52,101 nt of DNA, from the NCBI GenBank assembly GCA_036846645.1, contig DAIUBN010000001.1, forward strand, positions 1-52,101, in the 5' to 3' direction. The notes under the pieces are model-generated. The model was not told the DNA's origin and made no database searches. It saw only the letters and a program-made list of their open reading frames with translations. The DNA comes from Bacteroidaceae bacterium (GTDB lineage Bacteria > Bacteroidota > Bacteroidia > Bacteroidales > Bacteroidaceae). Shown here one piece after another: positions 1 through 9,579 of the stretch (its first letter is position 1; the number at the start of each line of letters is the position of its first letter). The translations under genes were made by a program, and so were the position numbers.

Positions 1-1294
1 GAATCTTCGTAATATCATTTTTAAATGCAATGAATGTCATAATGATAAAGAACAGAATGAAATAACCTCCTAAGATTACCATCAAGTGGAATGAATAGAA
101 CGTCATTGAAACATTAGGAACAGCATATTCCGGAGTTTTGAAATATCCATATCCCATATTGCTGACATTAGCATTGAATACATGTTTTGCTAAATCTGCT
201 TCATTTTTCATATTAGCTTTCTTTGCTGCTTTGTATGCTCCAAGAGATGACATCGCAGTCTTTCCTGATGCCATTTTATCTGGTACCGACATGGCTGTAG
301 TACCATCAGGTGTTTTATAACCACCTTTTAATATATCATTAACGCCGGGTACAAAACTTGATGCACTACGATTGGCAAGCAATGATAACATTGAAGGAAT
401 CTCTATTTTAAAATAGAAAGGATCTTCGTTAGAACCAATCATTTTGTCGCAAGGTTTAAGAACACCAACACCAACAAGTCCGCAACTTGTACGGCCATTG
501 AACAAACCTTCCATAGCTGCAAGTTTCATGGGTTGGGTTTTGGCTACCTGATAAGCCGAACCATCACCCGACCATAAAGAGCATACCGAAGCAATAAGAC
601 CTACTATGGTAGCTATCTTCAAAGAACGAATAGCAAATTCTTTTTCTCTTTTCTTAATGAGGAACCAACAACTGATACCCACAACGAATATTGCTGCTAC
701 AATCCATCCTGAAAGTACGGCATGGAAAAATTTATTAACGGCAACCGGAGATAGCGCCACAGCAGCAAAATCGGTCATTTCGTTACGCATTGTATCGGGA
801 TTGAAAGTCATACCAACAGGATATTGCATCCAAGAATTGGCTACTAAAATCCACCAAGCAGACAAAGAAGCTCCTAGCCAAGTGAGCCAAGATGCTGCAA
901 GATGAAATCCCTTACTTACCTTATTCCATCCAAAGAACATGACACAGATAAATGTAGTTTCGAGGAAGAATGCCACAACACCCTCAATGGCCAATGGTGC
1001 ACCAAAAATATCACCCACTAACCAGGAATAGTTACTCCAATTTGTACCAAATTCAAATTCAAGAATGAGACCAGTGGCAACACCGATACAGAAATTAATA
1101 CCAAACAGTTTCATCCAGAATTTAGTAGTTTTCTTCCAAACTTCAAGACCAGTGCGATAGTACATAGTCTCCATAATGGCTATCATAAATGTTATACCCA
1201 ATGTAAGGGGTACAAAAATCCAGTGATACATCGCAGTCATCGCAAATTGCGCTCGCGACCAGTTAATTAACGAAGGGTCAAGACTTTCAAACAT
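1..1294 (-). CDS. cydA: cytochrome bd ubiquinol oxidase subunit I (partial; C-terminus runs off the left edge)
   Basis: Manual minus-strand translation from the ATG at 1294-1292 gives MFESLDPSLINWSRAQFAMTAMYHWIFVPLTLG...LILEFEFGTNWSNYS...GAPLAIEGVVAFFLE. The frame stays open to position 2 (...FILFFIIMTFIAFKNDITKI). These are typical CydA N-terminal and Q-loop motifs. It is absent from the ORF track because there is no in-window stop. Confidence 0.85.
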   Translation of the reverse strand, partial: MFESLDPSLINWSRAQFAMTAMYHWIFVPLTLGITFMIAIMETMYYRTGLEVWKKTTKFWMKLFGINFCIGVATGLILEFEFGTNWSNYSWLVGDIFGAPLAIEGVVAFFLETTFICVMFFGWNKVSKGFHLAASWLTWLGASLSAWWILVANSWMQYPVGMTFNPDTMRNEMTDFAAVALSPVAVNKFFHAVLSGWIVAAIFVVGISCWFLIKKREKEFAIRSLKIATIVGLIASVCSLWSGDGSAYQVAKTQPMKLAAMEGLFNGRTSCGLVGVGVLKPCDKMIGSNEDPFYFKIEIPSMLSLLANRSASSFVPGVNDILKGGYKTPDGTTAMSVPDKMASGKTAMSSLGAYKAAKKANMKNEADLAKHVFNANVSNMGYGYFKTPEYAVPNVSMTFYSFHLMVILGGYFILFFIIMTFIAFKNDITKI

Positions 1295-1401
1295 AGCGTT
1301 TTGTATTTAGTGATTTTTCATGTTTAAGAAGATATTCTTCTATTTAGAGTGCAAAATAGGTAATTTTTGTGAATATAGAAAATTTTTTCGCAAGAAATAT
1401 G

Positions 1402-1409
1402 TAATTTTG
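1402..1409 (+). promoter_or_regulatory. Bacteroidetes -7 box TAATTTTG (map operon)
   Basis: Exact match to TAnnTTTG, 20 nt upstream of the map ATG. Confidence 0.5.
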
Positions 1410-1428
1410 TTCATCAAACTGTTTATCA

Positions 1429-2283
1429 ATGAAAAAATTTAAATTGGGCAGCCGGTATACCCCATCAAATTATCCGGAAGAAATTGAAAAGAAAGCACAA
1501 GAATATAAGAACAAAGGCTATCGGATGCCAAACAAGAAATTACTTCGAACTCCAGAGCAACTGGCGGGCATTCGCGAAGCTTGTAAAATCAATACTGGTG
1601 TTCTCGATTACGTCACAGAACATATTCATGAGGGGATGTCTACTCAAGAAATAGATCTTTTGGTTTATGAATATACTTCCAATCACGATGCCTCACCAGC
1701 ACCACTCAACTATGAAGGTTTTCCAAAAAGTGTCTGCACCAGTATAAATGATGTAGTTTGTCATGGCATTCCTAGTAAAGATGAGATACTAAAGAGCGGT
1801 GATATCATCAACGTCGATGTTTCTACTATATATAAAGGATATTATGGTGATGCATCGAGAATGTTTATGATTGGTGATGTCAATGCCGAAATGCAACGCT
1901 TAGTGAAGGTCACCAAAGAGTGTATGGAGATTGGTATCAAGATGGCTCAACCTTGGACTCAGCTAGGTGACGTTGGTGCTGCCATCCAAGAACATGCCGA
2001 GAAGAATGGATACAGTGTAGTACGCGATTTGTGTGGTCACGGCTGCGGCGTCGACTTCCACGAAGATCCCGATGTAGAGCATTTCGGTAAGAAAGGTACC
2101 GGTGTTCTCCTTGTTCCTGGTATGACTTTCACTATTGAGCCAATGATTAATATGGGCAAATATGATGTGTTTATCGATGAAGACGACGATTGGACTGTAT
2201 GCACAGAAGATGGTCTACCTTCAGCTCAGTGGGAAAATATGATACTGATTACAGAAAACGGAAATGAAATTCTAACCTATTAA
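1429..2283 (+). CDS. map: type I methionine aminopeptidase
   Basis: 284-aa ORF with MetAP-I motifs VCHGIP, DIINVDV, YYGDASRMF, GHGCG, FTIEPM and QWENM. A TAATTTTG -7 box lies 20 nt upstream. Confidence 0.9.
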   Translation: MKKFKLGSRYTPSNYPEEIEKKAQEYKNKGYRMPNKKLLRTPEQLAGIREACKINTGVLDYVTEHIHEGMSTQEIDLLVYEYTSNHDASPAPLNYEGFPKSVCTSINDVVCHGIPSKDEILKSGDIINVDVSTIYKGYYGDASRMFMIGDVNAEMQRLVKVTKECMEIGIKMAQPWTQLGDVGAAIQEHAEKNGYSVVRDLCGHGCGVDFHEDPDVEHFGKKGTGVLLVPGMTFTIEPMINMGKYDVFIDEDDDWTVCTEDGLPSAQWENMILITENGNEILTY

Positions 2284-2287
2284 TGAT

Positions 2288-2785
2288 ATGTTTACACTAC
2301 GCAAAGCAGATGTTGCAGACTGCAATCTGATTCAATCACTTGCCAAGCAAGTGTTTCCAATCACTTATAAGGATATTCTGAAACCCGATCAAATGGATTA
2401 TATGATGGATTGGATGTACAATCCTGTCAATATCCGAAAACAGATGGAAGAAGAAGGACACGTTTATTTTATTGCTTACGAAGAATGCGAACCGGCTGGA
2501 TATTTATCAATTCAGCCCGAAGGAAAAGATTTATTCCATCTTCAAAAAATTTATGTCTTACCTTACTTTCAGGGTGCACATGCAGGCAGTTTCCTATTCC
2601 GGGCAGCTCTCAAGTATATCAAAGAAATTCATCCCGAGCCTTGTCGCATGGAACTCAATGTGAATCGCAATAACAAAGCTTTGCAGTTCTATCAACACAT
2701 GGGTATGCACATTGACCGTCAGGGAGATTTTCCTATTGGCAACGGATTTTATATGAACGACTATATAATGGCTATTGATTTATGA
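2288..2785 (+). CDS. GNAT family N-acetyltransferase
   Basis: 165-aa ORF 4 nt after map. It has a GNAT-like core (LQKIYVLPYFQGAHAGSFLFRAAL, NNKALQFYQHMGM). Confidence 0.8.
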   Translation: MFTLRKADVADCNLIQSLAKQVFPITYKDILKPDQMDYMMDWMYNPVNIRKQMEEEGHVYFIAYEECEPAGYLSIQPEGKDLFHLQKIYVLPYFQGAHAGSFLFRAALKYIKEIHPEPCRMELNVNRNNKALQFYQHMGMHIDRQGDFPIGNGFYMNDYIMAIDL

Positions 2786-5664
2786 GAACCTTCTTGCAAG
2801 ATGTAGCTCACGATTTGTATGGCAAACTTGATGGCGATTTATCTAAAACCGCCATTGTTTTCCCAAACAAACGTGCCGGATTATTCTTTAATGAGTATTT
2901 GGCAGATGAGAGCGAAGGTCCTATGTGGGCACCTGTTTATGTAAGTATCAAAGATTTGATGCAACGTTTGTCACCTCTCCAACTAGGCGACCGCATCTTG
3001 CTTGTAGCTGTTCTTTATAATGTATATATCGAAAAGACAGGAAGCGATGAAACACTAGATAGTTTTTTCCCATGGGGCGAACTGCTCATCAGCGATTTCG
3101 ACGATGTAGATAAGAATCTGGTTGATGCCGACCGTATCTTTGAAAACTTGAGCGACTTAAAGAACGAGATGAACGACCTCGACTTCCTTGATACTGAACA
3201 AATCAAAGCGTTAGAACAATTCTTCCAGAATTTCTCTTTCGAAAAGCATACCGAACTGAAACAACGGTTTGCCAATTCATGGAATAAGCTGAAAGAAATC
3301 TATCACGCCTATCAAACCAAACTTACCGAAATGGGCATTGCCTACGAAGGTATGCTTTATCGGTCTATCATTGATAAGATACAAAGTTCGGATTTAGCCT
3401 ACGATCATTATGTTTTTGTAGGTTTCAATGTATTGAATAAGGTAGAGAAGCAGTTTTTCTCTATTGTGCAACAATATGGTAAAGCCATGTTTTATTGGGA
3501 CTATGATAAATACTATATGCCTTCTACTGCCCAGCATCAATATTTCGAAGCAGGAGAGTTTTTGCAGCGCAATCTTACAGATTTCGGAAACGAACTTGAC
3601 GATACTTATTTCGACCATTTCAATACTCAGCCCAAAGATATTCGATTTATTGCCGCTTCGACAGAGAATGCCCAAGCTCGCTATATGTCTCAATGGGCAG
3701 AGAAAGCTGTGACAGATAGTGCCGAGAAAGAAAATGTGGTTGTGCTATGCAATGAATCATTATTGCTGCCGGTACTACATTCTATTCCCAACAAGGTGAA
3801 TAATGTAAACGTAACGATGGGATTTCCATTGTCACAAACACCTATCTACAACTTTTTGACGGCTGTTTCTGATTTGCAAACAGATGGTTATGACAGCGAA
3901 AACGGACAATTTGCCTATTCCAATATTCGTTTGGTACTCAATCATCCTTATACTCAGCAGAAAGCACCCCATGCTACCGAACTGCTGCATACATTGACCG
4001 TCAACAATCATCCTTATTCTCTACCAAGCGAATTGCAAGCTACCGGCGATGATTTCCTTAATATGGTATTTGTTCCACAAAACGGAAATGTTGCCATTTG
4101 CCAATACCTGATGAATCTTATTCAAGAGATTGCAACGCTATATAAAGGTAAGGATAATGAGACAGATCTTTATAGTCAATTGTATCAAGAATCTATCTAT
4201 GAGGCTTATACCAGCATCAACCGACTTCTATCGCTTATCCAGCAGAATCAAATCAATATTTCGGTACATACTTTAAGTAAGCTACTCAATAATATTCTGC
4301 ACAGTTCTTCTATTCCTTTCCATGGCGAACCAGCTATCGGTATGCAGATTATGGGCGTACTCGAAACCAGAAACTTGGATTTCAAAAACCTGCTGATGCT
4401 CTCACTTAACGAGGGACAGTTTCCAAAATCAGGCAGTGACATGTCCTTTATCTCTTACAATATTCGGAAAGCTTTCGGCATGACTACCATAGAGCACAAA
4501 AATGCGGTCTATGCTTACTATTTCTACCGCCTTATTCAACGTGCCGAATCCATCACTTTGCTCTACAATTCTACTACGTCGGGATTGAGCAAAGGAGAGA
4601 TGTCACGTTTCATGCTACAATTATTGATGGAATCGAAATTCGATATCAAACGTTTGGTATTGGATTCAAAACAAAAGGCAGAACAAATCGATTCTTTCAA
4701 AGTGGAGAAAACTGCCGATATCATGGGCAAGTTGAACGAGCATTTCGATGCCACTCTTCACAAAGGGAGGGTGCTATCACCGTCTGCACTCAATCATTAT
4801 ATGGATTGCCCATTGCGTTTCTATTTCCAATACATCGCCGAATTGAAAGCACCCGATGAAGCTACTATGGAAATCAATTCACCGATGTTTGGTACTATCT
4901 TCCACAAATCAGCCCAGAACATATACAATACTATTAAAGATAAAGACAAGCATGTTACTGCTGCTGCGATAGATAGTTTCTTAAAAACGCCTAAGTTACT
5001 CAAAGATTGTATCGACAGTGCATTTCGAAGCGAGTTCTTCAATCTGAAACCGGAAGAAAAAGCTGTCTATAACGGTACATATCTTATTAATTTCCGCGTC
5101 ATCGAGATGTATCTGAAGCAACTTTTACAATTCGATCGACGTTTCACGCCATTCGATGTATTGGACGAAGAGCATTGGGTTTCTCAACAACTCGTCATCG
5201 ATACACTTCAAGGTCGCCTACCTATTAATATAGGAGGTTCTATCGACCGTCTCGACCGTCTTGGAGATACATTGCGAATAGTAGATTATAAAACTGGCGG
5301 CGAACCTAAGATTATCGCTTCTGTTGCCGATCTCTTCCGAAGCGATCTAGACAGGGCAAGCTACGTATGCCAGGCTTTTATGTATTCTTTGGTAATGACA
5401 CACGAAATGCCAGGTTACAAAATTAAACCTACCCTGCTCTATATCCATAAGGCTGCCAATAAAGAGTATTCTTCGGATATACTGATAGGTGAATCTCGAC
5501 AGCCCAAAGAGCCCATAGAAGATTTCAATATCTATGCCGAAGAATATCGCAATGAGCTATTGAATCTCATCAACGAGATATTCAATACCGATAAGCCCTT
5601 CACTCAGGCAGAAGATAGCAGCCGATGTCAATATTGCGATTTCGCCCGTATCTGTAAAAGATGA
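2782..5664 (+). CDS. AddB/RexB-like PD-(D/E)XK nuclease family protein (inactive-helicase type)
   Basis: 960-aa ORF. The C-terminal RecB-type nuclease motifs (GGSIDRLD, RIVDYKTGG) are bracketed by four Cys (HYMDCPLRFY ... CQYCDFARIC = C-x2-C-x5-C), as in the AddB iron-staple domain. I saw no GxxxxGK[ST] Walker A. The start overlaps the GNAT stop (ATGA at 2782-2785). Confidence 0.7.
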   Translation: MRTFLQDVAHDLYGKLDGDLSKTAIVFPNKRAGLFFNEYLADESEGPMWAPVYVSIKDLMQRLSPLQLGDRILLVAVLYNVYIEKTGSDETLDSFFPWGELLISDFDDVDKNLVDADRIFENLSDLKNEMNDLDFLDTEQIKALEQFFQNFSFEKHTELKQRFANSWNKLKEIYHAYQTKLTEMGIAYEGMLYRSIIDKIQSSDLAYDHYVFVGFNVLNKVEKQFFSIVQQYGKAMFYWDYDKYYMPSTAQHQYFEAGEFLQRNLTDFGNELDDTYFDHFNTQPKDIRFIAASTENAQARYMSQWAEKAVTDSAEKENVVVLCNESLLLPVLHSIPNKVNNVNVTMGFPLSQTPIYNFLTAVSDLQTDGYDSENGQFAYSNIRLVLNHPYTQQKAPHATELLHTLTVNNHPYSLPSELQATGDDFLNMVFVPQNGNVAICQYLMNLIQEIATLYKGKDNETDLYSQLYQESIYEAYTSINRLLSLIQQNQINISVHTLSKLLNNILHSSSIPFHGEPAIGMQIMGVLETRNLDFKNLLMLSLNEGQFPKSGSDMSFISYNIRKAFGMTTIEHKNAVYAYYFYRLIQRAESITLLYNSTTSGLSKGEMSRFMLQLLMESKFDIKRLVLDSKQKAEQIDSFKVEKTADIMGKLNEHFDATLHKGRVLSPSALNHYMDCPLRFYFQYIAELKAPDEATMEINSPMFGTIFHKSAQNIYNTIKDKDKHVTAAAIDSFLKTPKLLKDCIDSAFRSEFFNLKPEEKAVYNGTYLINFRVIEMYLKQLLQFDRRFTPFDVLDEEHWVSQQLVIDTLQGRLPINIGGSIDRLDRLGDTLRIVDYKTGGEPKIIASVADLFRSDLDRASYVCQAFMYSLVMTHEMPGYKIKPTLLYIHKAANKEYSSDILIGESRQPKEPIEDFNIYAEEYRNELLNLINEIFNTDKPFTQAEDSSRCQYCDFARICKR

Positions 5665-5666
5665 GT

Positions 5667-7691
5667 TTACTTCTTCTTATCTGGTGAATAGACTAAATTG
5701 TCTACCGAAAAATCTTCGTTGATCGTAACAAAGACTGTGGCGAACATCCATTTTTGCAATCTCAATTGTGGAATGCTGAATTGTCCGACAGGAAGCTTTA
5801 ACATCACTTTGTTCCAACCTTTCTTCAGATTGATAGTGATAGGTGGACGAGCTGTGAAATTTTCATTGCCAAGCACAGATTCTTGATTCTTCACAGTTGT
5901 TGTATCGTTCCAGTGCGGTGGCATCACTTCTTTATCGTTTATCCAGATACGGCTACCTTTATAGTCCCATCTACCTTGTGCTGGTGGCAAATCGGGTTCA
6001 CTGCGACTATAATTTTGAAACTCTGCTAGCAAGCCGACCGGCATGTCATGAGGAGCATAAACATAGGTAAAAGCATAGGCTGTATGATTGGGCTGAGGAT
6101 TTCTGTAGAAACCAGGAATAAGAGTTCCCCAAGTGTGACGCAAGTAAATACCCGCACCAATAGCATCTTTAGTATTGTAGATTGAATCTCCATACTTATA
6201 ACTGGCTTTTGTTTCTTCTGTTTCAGGAGGGAATACTTTACTCAAATCGCCCCCATTAGGAAAAGCATCGGTAATGCGCCACACTACATTTGTCTGCTTC
6301 ACATAAGGAAACGGCTCGCTATGCAGCGTATGATGTTTATACCATAACATTCGGTTCTCAAAGTCTACATATTCATTAAATTCTTTAGAACCTGCCGTAG
6401 GCATCATAGTTCCGTTCTTGTCAAAGTACTGACTTCCGCCTCCCATCCACGAACGTTCGGCAAAAGCCATCATATAAGGATAAAAGCTGTTTTGCTGAAT
6501 GATGTCTCTCTCAGAAGGTAGTTTTCGATCTGTCCAAACGGCCATGATACCACCCAATAGTCCATCATCCGAGGCATCTTTTGCATATATCTTACTTGTG
6601 TATATTCCCACTATATCAGCAAAAGTATCAAAATGATTCAGATAATGAAAGCGTGAATCTATCGCTGGAATACCATCTATAGGTTTGCCACGATAACTCC
6701 AAAGTTGAGTCATATCAATTTCTCCAACTTTATAATGATAACCCGGATTCCAAGATATCACTTTCTTGCCTTTACTGCGAACGTAGGCTACCATTTGAGG
6801 AACAAAATCGGGGTTGGTAAATTTCACTTCGTCGGTACCGATATGAAGATAAGGCACATCAAAAGTCATGCACACTTCATCTATCAGATTCTTAAGAATC
6901 TTCATACCTTGTTCGCTCTGCATATCGCACTTGAAAGTACGAACAAAAGCCTCGCTATGACCGGGCATATCAATCTCCGGAATAAGTAGCATACCACGTT
7001 CTTTGCAATAGTCCACCATCATTGCTGCTTCTCTTAAGGTATAGAACTTTCCTTTATCACGAGTCACATTGGCGGTATCGTTTAATTGTGGATAAATGCG
7101 GCTTTCCAATCGCCATGCCTGATTCTCTGTAAGATGCCAATGGAAAACATTGATTTTAAATTGTGACAATACATCTATCTCGTGCTTCAATTCGGCCGTG
7201 GAAATATAAGTTCGACCAACGTCTTGCATGAAACCTCTTATCTTGAATGCCGGCCAGTCTAGAATATCGCAACACGGAATCTGAGTCTCATCCAATACTC
7301 TTTTCGAAAGTTGCAACAAAGTTTGGAAAGCCCTCAACACACCTGTTGATGTGGTAGCTTCAATCTTTACACTCTTCTTAGAGACAATAATATGATAAGC
7401 TTCATCCATATTATGTGTTACACCTTTCAACTGAGGTACAATACTCACAGTCAGAGTAGACTTTGCATTATCAGAGATAGATAGTCCCAACCGACGGGTA
7501 TAGATTGTGCTAGTAGCACTATTACGCTGATCTATCAATTTAACAATAGAAGATTGAAAACTTCCTCTCATCGAAGTAAAGACTTGAGGTTTGGGCAACA
7601 AATGCAAATCATTTGCTGCATAAGTGGTCGCTGTAATCAATAATGCAACAACCAACATCACATAAAACATCGAACGTTTAGCGTACCACAT
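5667..7691 (-). CDS. beta-N-acetylhexosaminidase (GH20), secreted
   Basis: 674-aa ORF with an N-terminal signal peptide and GH20 motifs HWHLTENQAWR, PEIDMPGH and HIGTDE (catalytic D-E pair). The alternative start at 7670 (MFYVML...) would remove the 14-nt overlap with the upstream sialidase. Confidence 0.85.
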   Translation of the reverse strand: MWYAKRSMFYVMLVVALLITATTYAANDLHLLPKPQVFTSMRGSFQSSIVKLIDQRNSATSTIYTRRLGLSISDNAKSTLTVSIVPQLKGVTHNMDEAYHIIVSKKSVKIEATTSTGVLRAFQTLLQLSKRVLDETQIPCCDILDWPAFKIRGFMQDVGRTYISTAELKHEIDVLSQFKINVFHWHLTENQAWRLESRIYPQLNDTANVTRDKGKFYTLREAAMMVDYCKERGMLLIPEIDMPGHSEAFVRTFKCDMQSEQGMKILKNLIDEVCMTFDVPYLHIGTDEVKFTNPDFVPQMVAYVRSKGKKVISWNPGYHYKVGEIDMTQLWSYRGKPIDGIPAIDSRFHYLNHFDTFADIVGIYTSKIYAKDASDDGLLGGIMAVWTDRKLPSERDIIQQNSFYPYMMAFAERSWMGGGSQYFDKNGTMMPTAGSKEFNEYVDFENRMLWYKHHTLHSEPFPYVKQTNVVWRITDAFPNGGDLSKVFPPETEETKASYKYGDSIYNTKDAIGAGIYLRHTWGTLIPGFYRNPQPNHTAYAFTYVYAPHDMPVGLLAEFQNYSRSEPDLPPAQGRWDYKGSRIWINDKEVMPPHWNDTTTVKNQESVLGNENFTARPPITINLKKGWNKVMLKLPVGQFSIPQLRLQKWMFATVFVTINEDFSVDNLVYSPDKKK

Positions 7692-9312
7692 CTTTTAAAG
7701 GAATTGCTTGAAAAGTCATTTCAGCAACACTACTTTCGTAGAGTATGCCAATAGTATCTTTATCTATCATAGTGAGACAAGAATATCCCCATCCATTTTC
7801 TTCATCAAGCAACAGTTGAAGGTCAGAAGGCCACGACTTGCCACCATCCAAACTAGCTTTTATTGTGATGTGATGTCGCCTGTTTGTCGTATTAGGATTA
7901 GAGAACAATAATAAATCTTTACCAGTAGAATTATCTTTAGCAGCAACATGAAGTAAACTAGCTTGGCAAACAGATTCTTGAAGTAAACTGCGCGAAGAAG
8001 AATGTTCTGTCCAAGTCTTTCCCAAATCTTTTGTGATGCTTACCGCACGACTTCCACCACGATTATCTCTCATATTCAACATCAATACACCTGGTTCTAC
8101 TTCTGCTACTTGTGCTTCGGTAGTATTGCTACGTGCCGGTTGATGTATAGTCCAATGAACTCCCCTATCTGTGCTATACATAATTCCAGCATGAGGCATT
8201 TTCAAAGAGTCGATAAATTGAATAGGAAAAACGAGTGTGCCATCAGTCATCGTTATACCTCTTCCTGGTCCCTGAAGCAAGAATCTCCACGATTCATCTT
8301 TCACCTGATTGGTAATATTGATAGGCTGCGACCAAGTACGACCGTCATCTGTACTTTTCGACAATACCAATTGAGAAGTATGATTGATATCTTTTCCAGG
8401 ATGAGAACTAAACCATGAACGCTGACCACCATATCCATGAGACCATGCAGCGATAGCCCATGCAGTATTAGTTTTGGTATCAACTAATATAGCAGGATCT
8501 CCTACTCCATTCTGAGCTGAAGGCAATCCACCATACTGTCCAAAAGAAAGAGGTCTACGCATCTTCTCCCAAGTTTGTCCACCATTAGTACTACGACTTA
8601 CACCAATATCAATATGTTCTTGCAAGTCCATACCGCTATTATATCTGACGTCATAAACAGCAAGCAGAGTTCCTTGATTAGTAGTTGCAAGTCCAGGGAT
8701 ACGATAACAAGCCGATCCATCATCGCCGGCATGACGTACACCGATTGCCATACGATGTTCAAAGGTTGGTCCCGATTTATCTAAAGCTAGTAGTTTACCA
8801 TCTGCATAGATAGCTGAAATAGAAGCAGTAACCTTTGTTTTTAATGAGATTCCTCGTTTCATCTGTAGACTCACCCAAAAGTAATGAACGCCAGGAAACA
8901 ACATCTGCTTTGAAGCTAACGAAACAGTTCTTGATTTTGGCACATTAACATGCGACTGGAGTACTGAGTATGAAGTATTCACTACAAGAGTTTTATTCGG
9001 CTCTTCAAAACTCATATAATTATAAGGTTTATAAGCTTTCTCCTTTTCTCTCTGAACAGCTTCTACGCCACCATAATACAGTTTGATGGCAGCAATATTC
9101 ATTAAATTTACTTCTTTACCAATATTAAGTAATACTTTATCGAGCCTTTTACTATCTTTCACTTCTATTCTCAAATAGAATAACGGATTGTCCTGTCGTT
9201 CTATCAAAATAGGGATTTGTGGCTCATGCACAAATACAGAATCAACTGCAAACACACTCTGGAAAGAAACAATCAGAGCAAAAAGGCTAATAATAGTGAA
9301 CTTAAATCTCAT
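7678..9312 (-). CDS. nanH: exo-alpha-sialidase (GH33) with N-terminal carbohydrate-binding-like domain
   Basis: 544-aa ORF with a signal peptide, a FRIP-type motif (CYRIPGL) and five Asp-boxes (SRSTNGGQTW, STDDGRTW, STDRGVHW, TKDLGKTW, SLDGGKSW). Length and layout match Bacteroides NanH. Confidence 0.9.
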   Translation of the reverse strand: MRFKFTIISLFALIVSFQSVFAVDSVFVHEPQIPILIERQDNPLFYLRIEVKDSKRLDKVLLNIGKEVNLMNIAAIKLYYGGVEAVQREKEKAYKPYNYMSFEEPNKTLVVNTSYSVLQSHVNVPKSRTVSLASKQMLFPGVHYFWVSLQMKRGISLKTKVTASISAIYADGKLLALDKSGPTFEHRMAIGVRHAGDDGSACYRIPGLATTNQGTLLAVYDVRYNSGMDLQEHIDIGVSRSTNGGQTWEKMRRPLSFGQYGGLPSAQNGVGDPAILVDTKTNTAWAIAAWSHGYGGQRSWFSSHPGKDINHTSQLVLSKSTDDGRTWSQPINITNQVKDESWRFLLQGPGRGITMTDGTLVFPIQFIDSLKMPHAGIMYSTDRGVHWTIHQPARSNTTEAQVAEVEPGVLMLNMRDNRGGSRAVSITKDLGKTWTEHSSSRSLLQESVCQASLLHVAAKDNSTGKDLLLFSNPNTTNRRHHITIKASLDGGKSWPSDLQLLLDEENGWGYSCLTMIDKDTIGILYESSVAEMTFQAIPLKDVVR

Positions 9313-9358
9313 AAGTATTTAAAATTATAAGGGAATAATTAATATTTAATCTCAATTG

Positions 9359-9366
9359 CAAATATA
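9359..9366 (-). promoter_or_regulatory. -7 box TATATTTG (sialidase/GH20 operon)
   Basis: Exact TAnnTTTG on the minus strand, 47 nt upstream of the ATG at 9312. Confidence 0.45.
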
Positions 9367-9579
9367 CAAAAGAATAATAAGACTAATGCATAATTCGATA
9401 TAAAATATAAAAAGAAAAAAGCCATAAATCAATTTAATACCGAAATAATTCTAAAATTGATAAGGATGTTTCAACAAAAACTTCAAGACATATTAAATAA
9501 AACTTCTTGATGATTAAAGATTTTCTTCAAGACGATTTTAGCAAGACATAAAGCACATTTTTTTCAAATTATCATTCTA

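Noticed and set aside
138-905. Plus-strand ORFs 138-320 and 606-905 at the left edge.
   Set aside because: Both lie antisense to the open cydA frame, which explains the region fully.
2410-2673. Alternative-frame ORFs (2410-2673 and 2472-2663) inside the GNAT gene, and similar small same-strand ORFs elsewhere.
   Set aside because: They are out-of-frame overlaps of a gene with a clear family signature, and there is no independent signal.
9484-9550. Short direct repeats CAAGACATA (9484, 9542) and CAAGACGAT (9528) in the spacer downstream of the MBL gene.
   Set aside because: These are 9-mers in very AT-rich DNA with irregular spacing (44 and 14 bp). They lie about 120-190 bp upstream of the sialidase -7 box, in the likely 3' UTR of the MBL gene. 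They are not distinguishable from chance.
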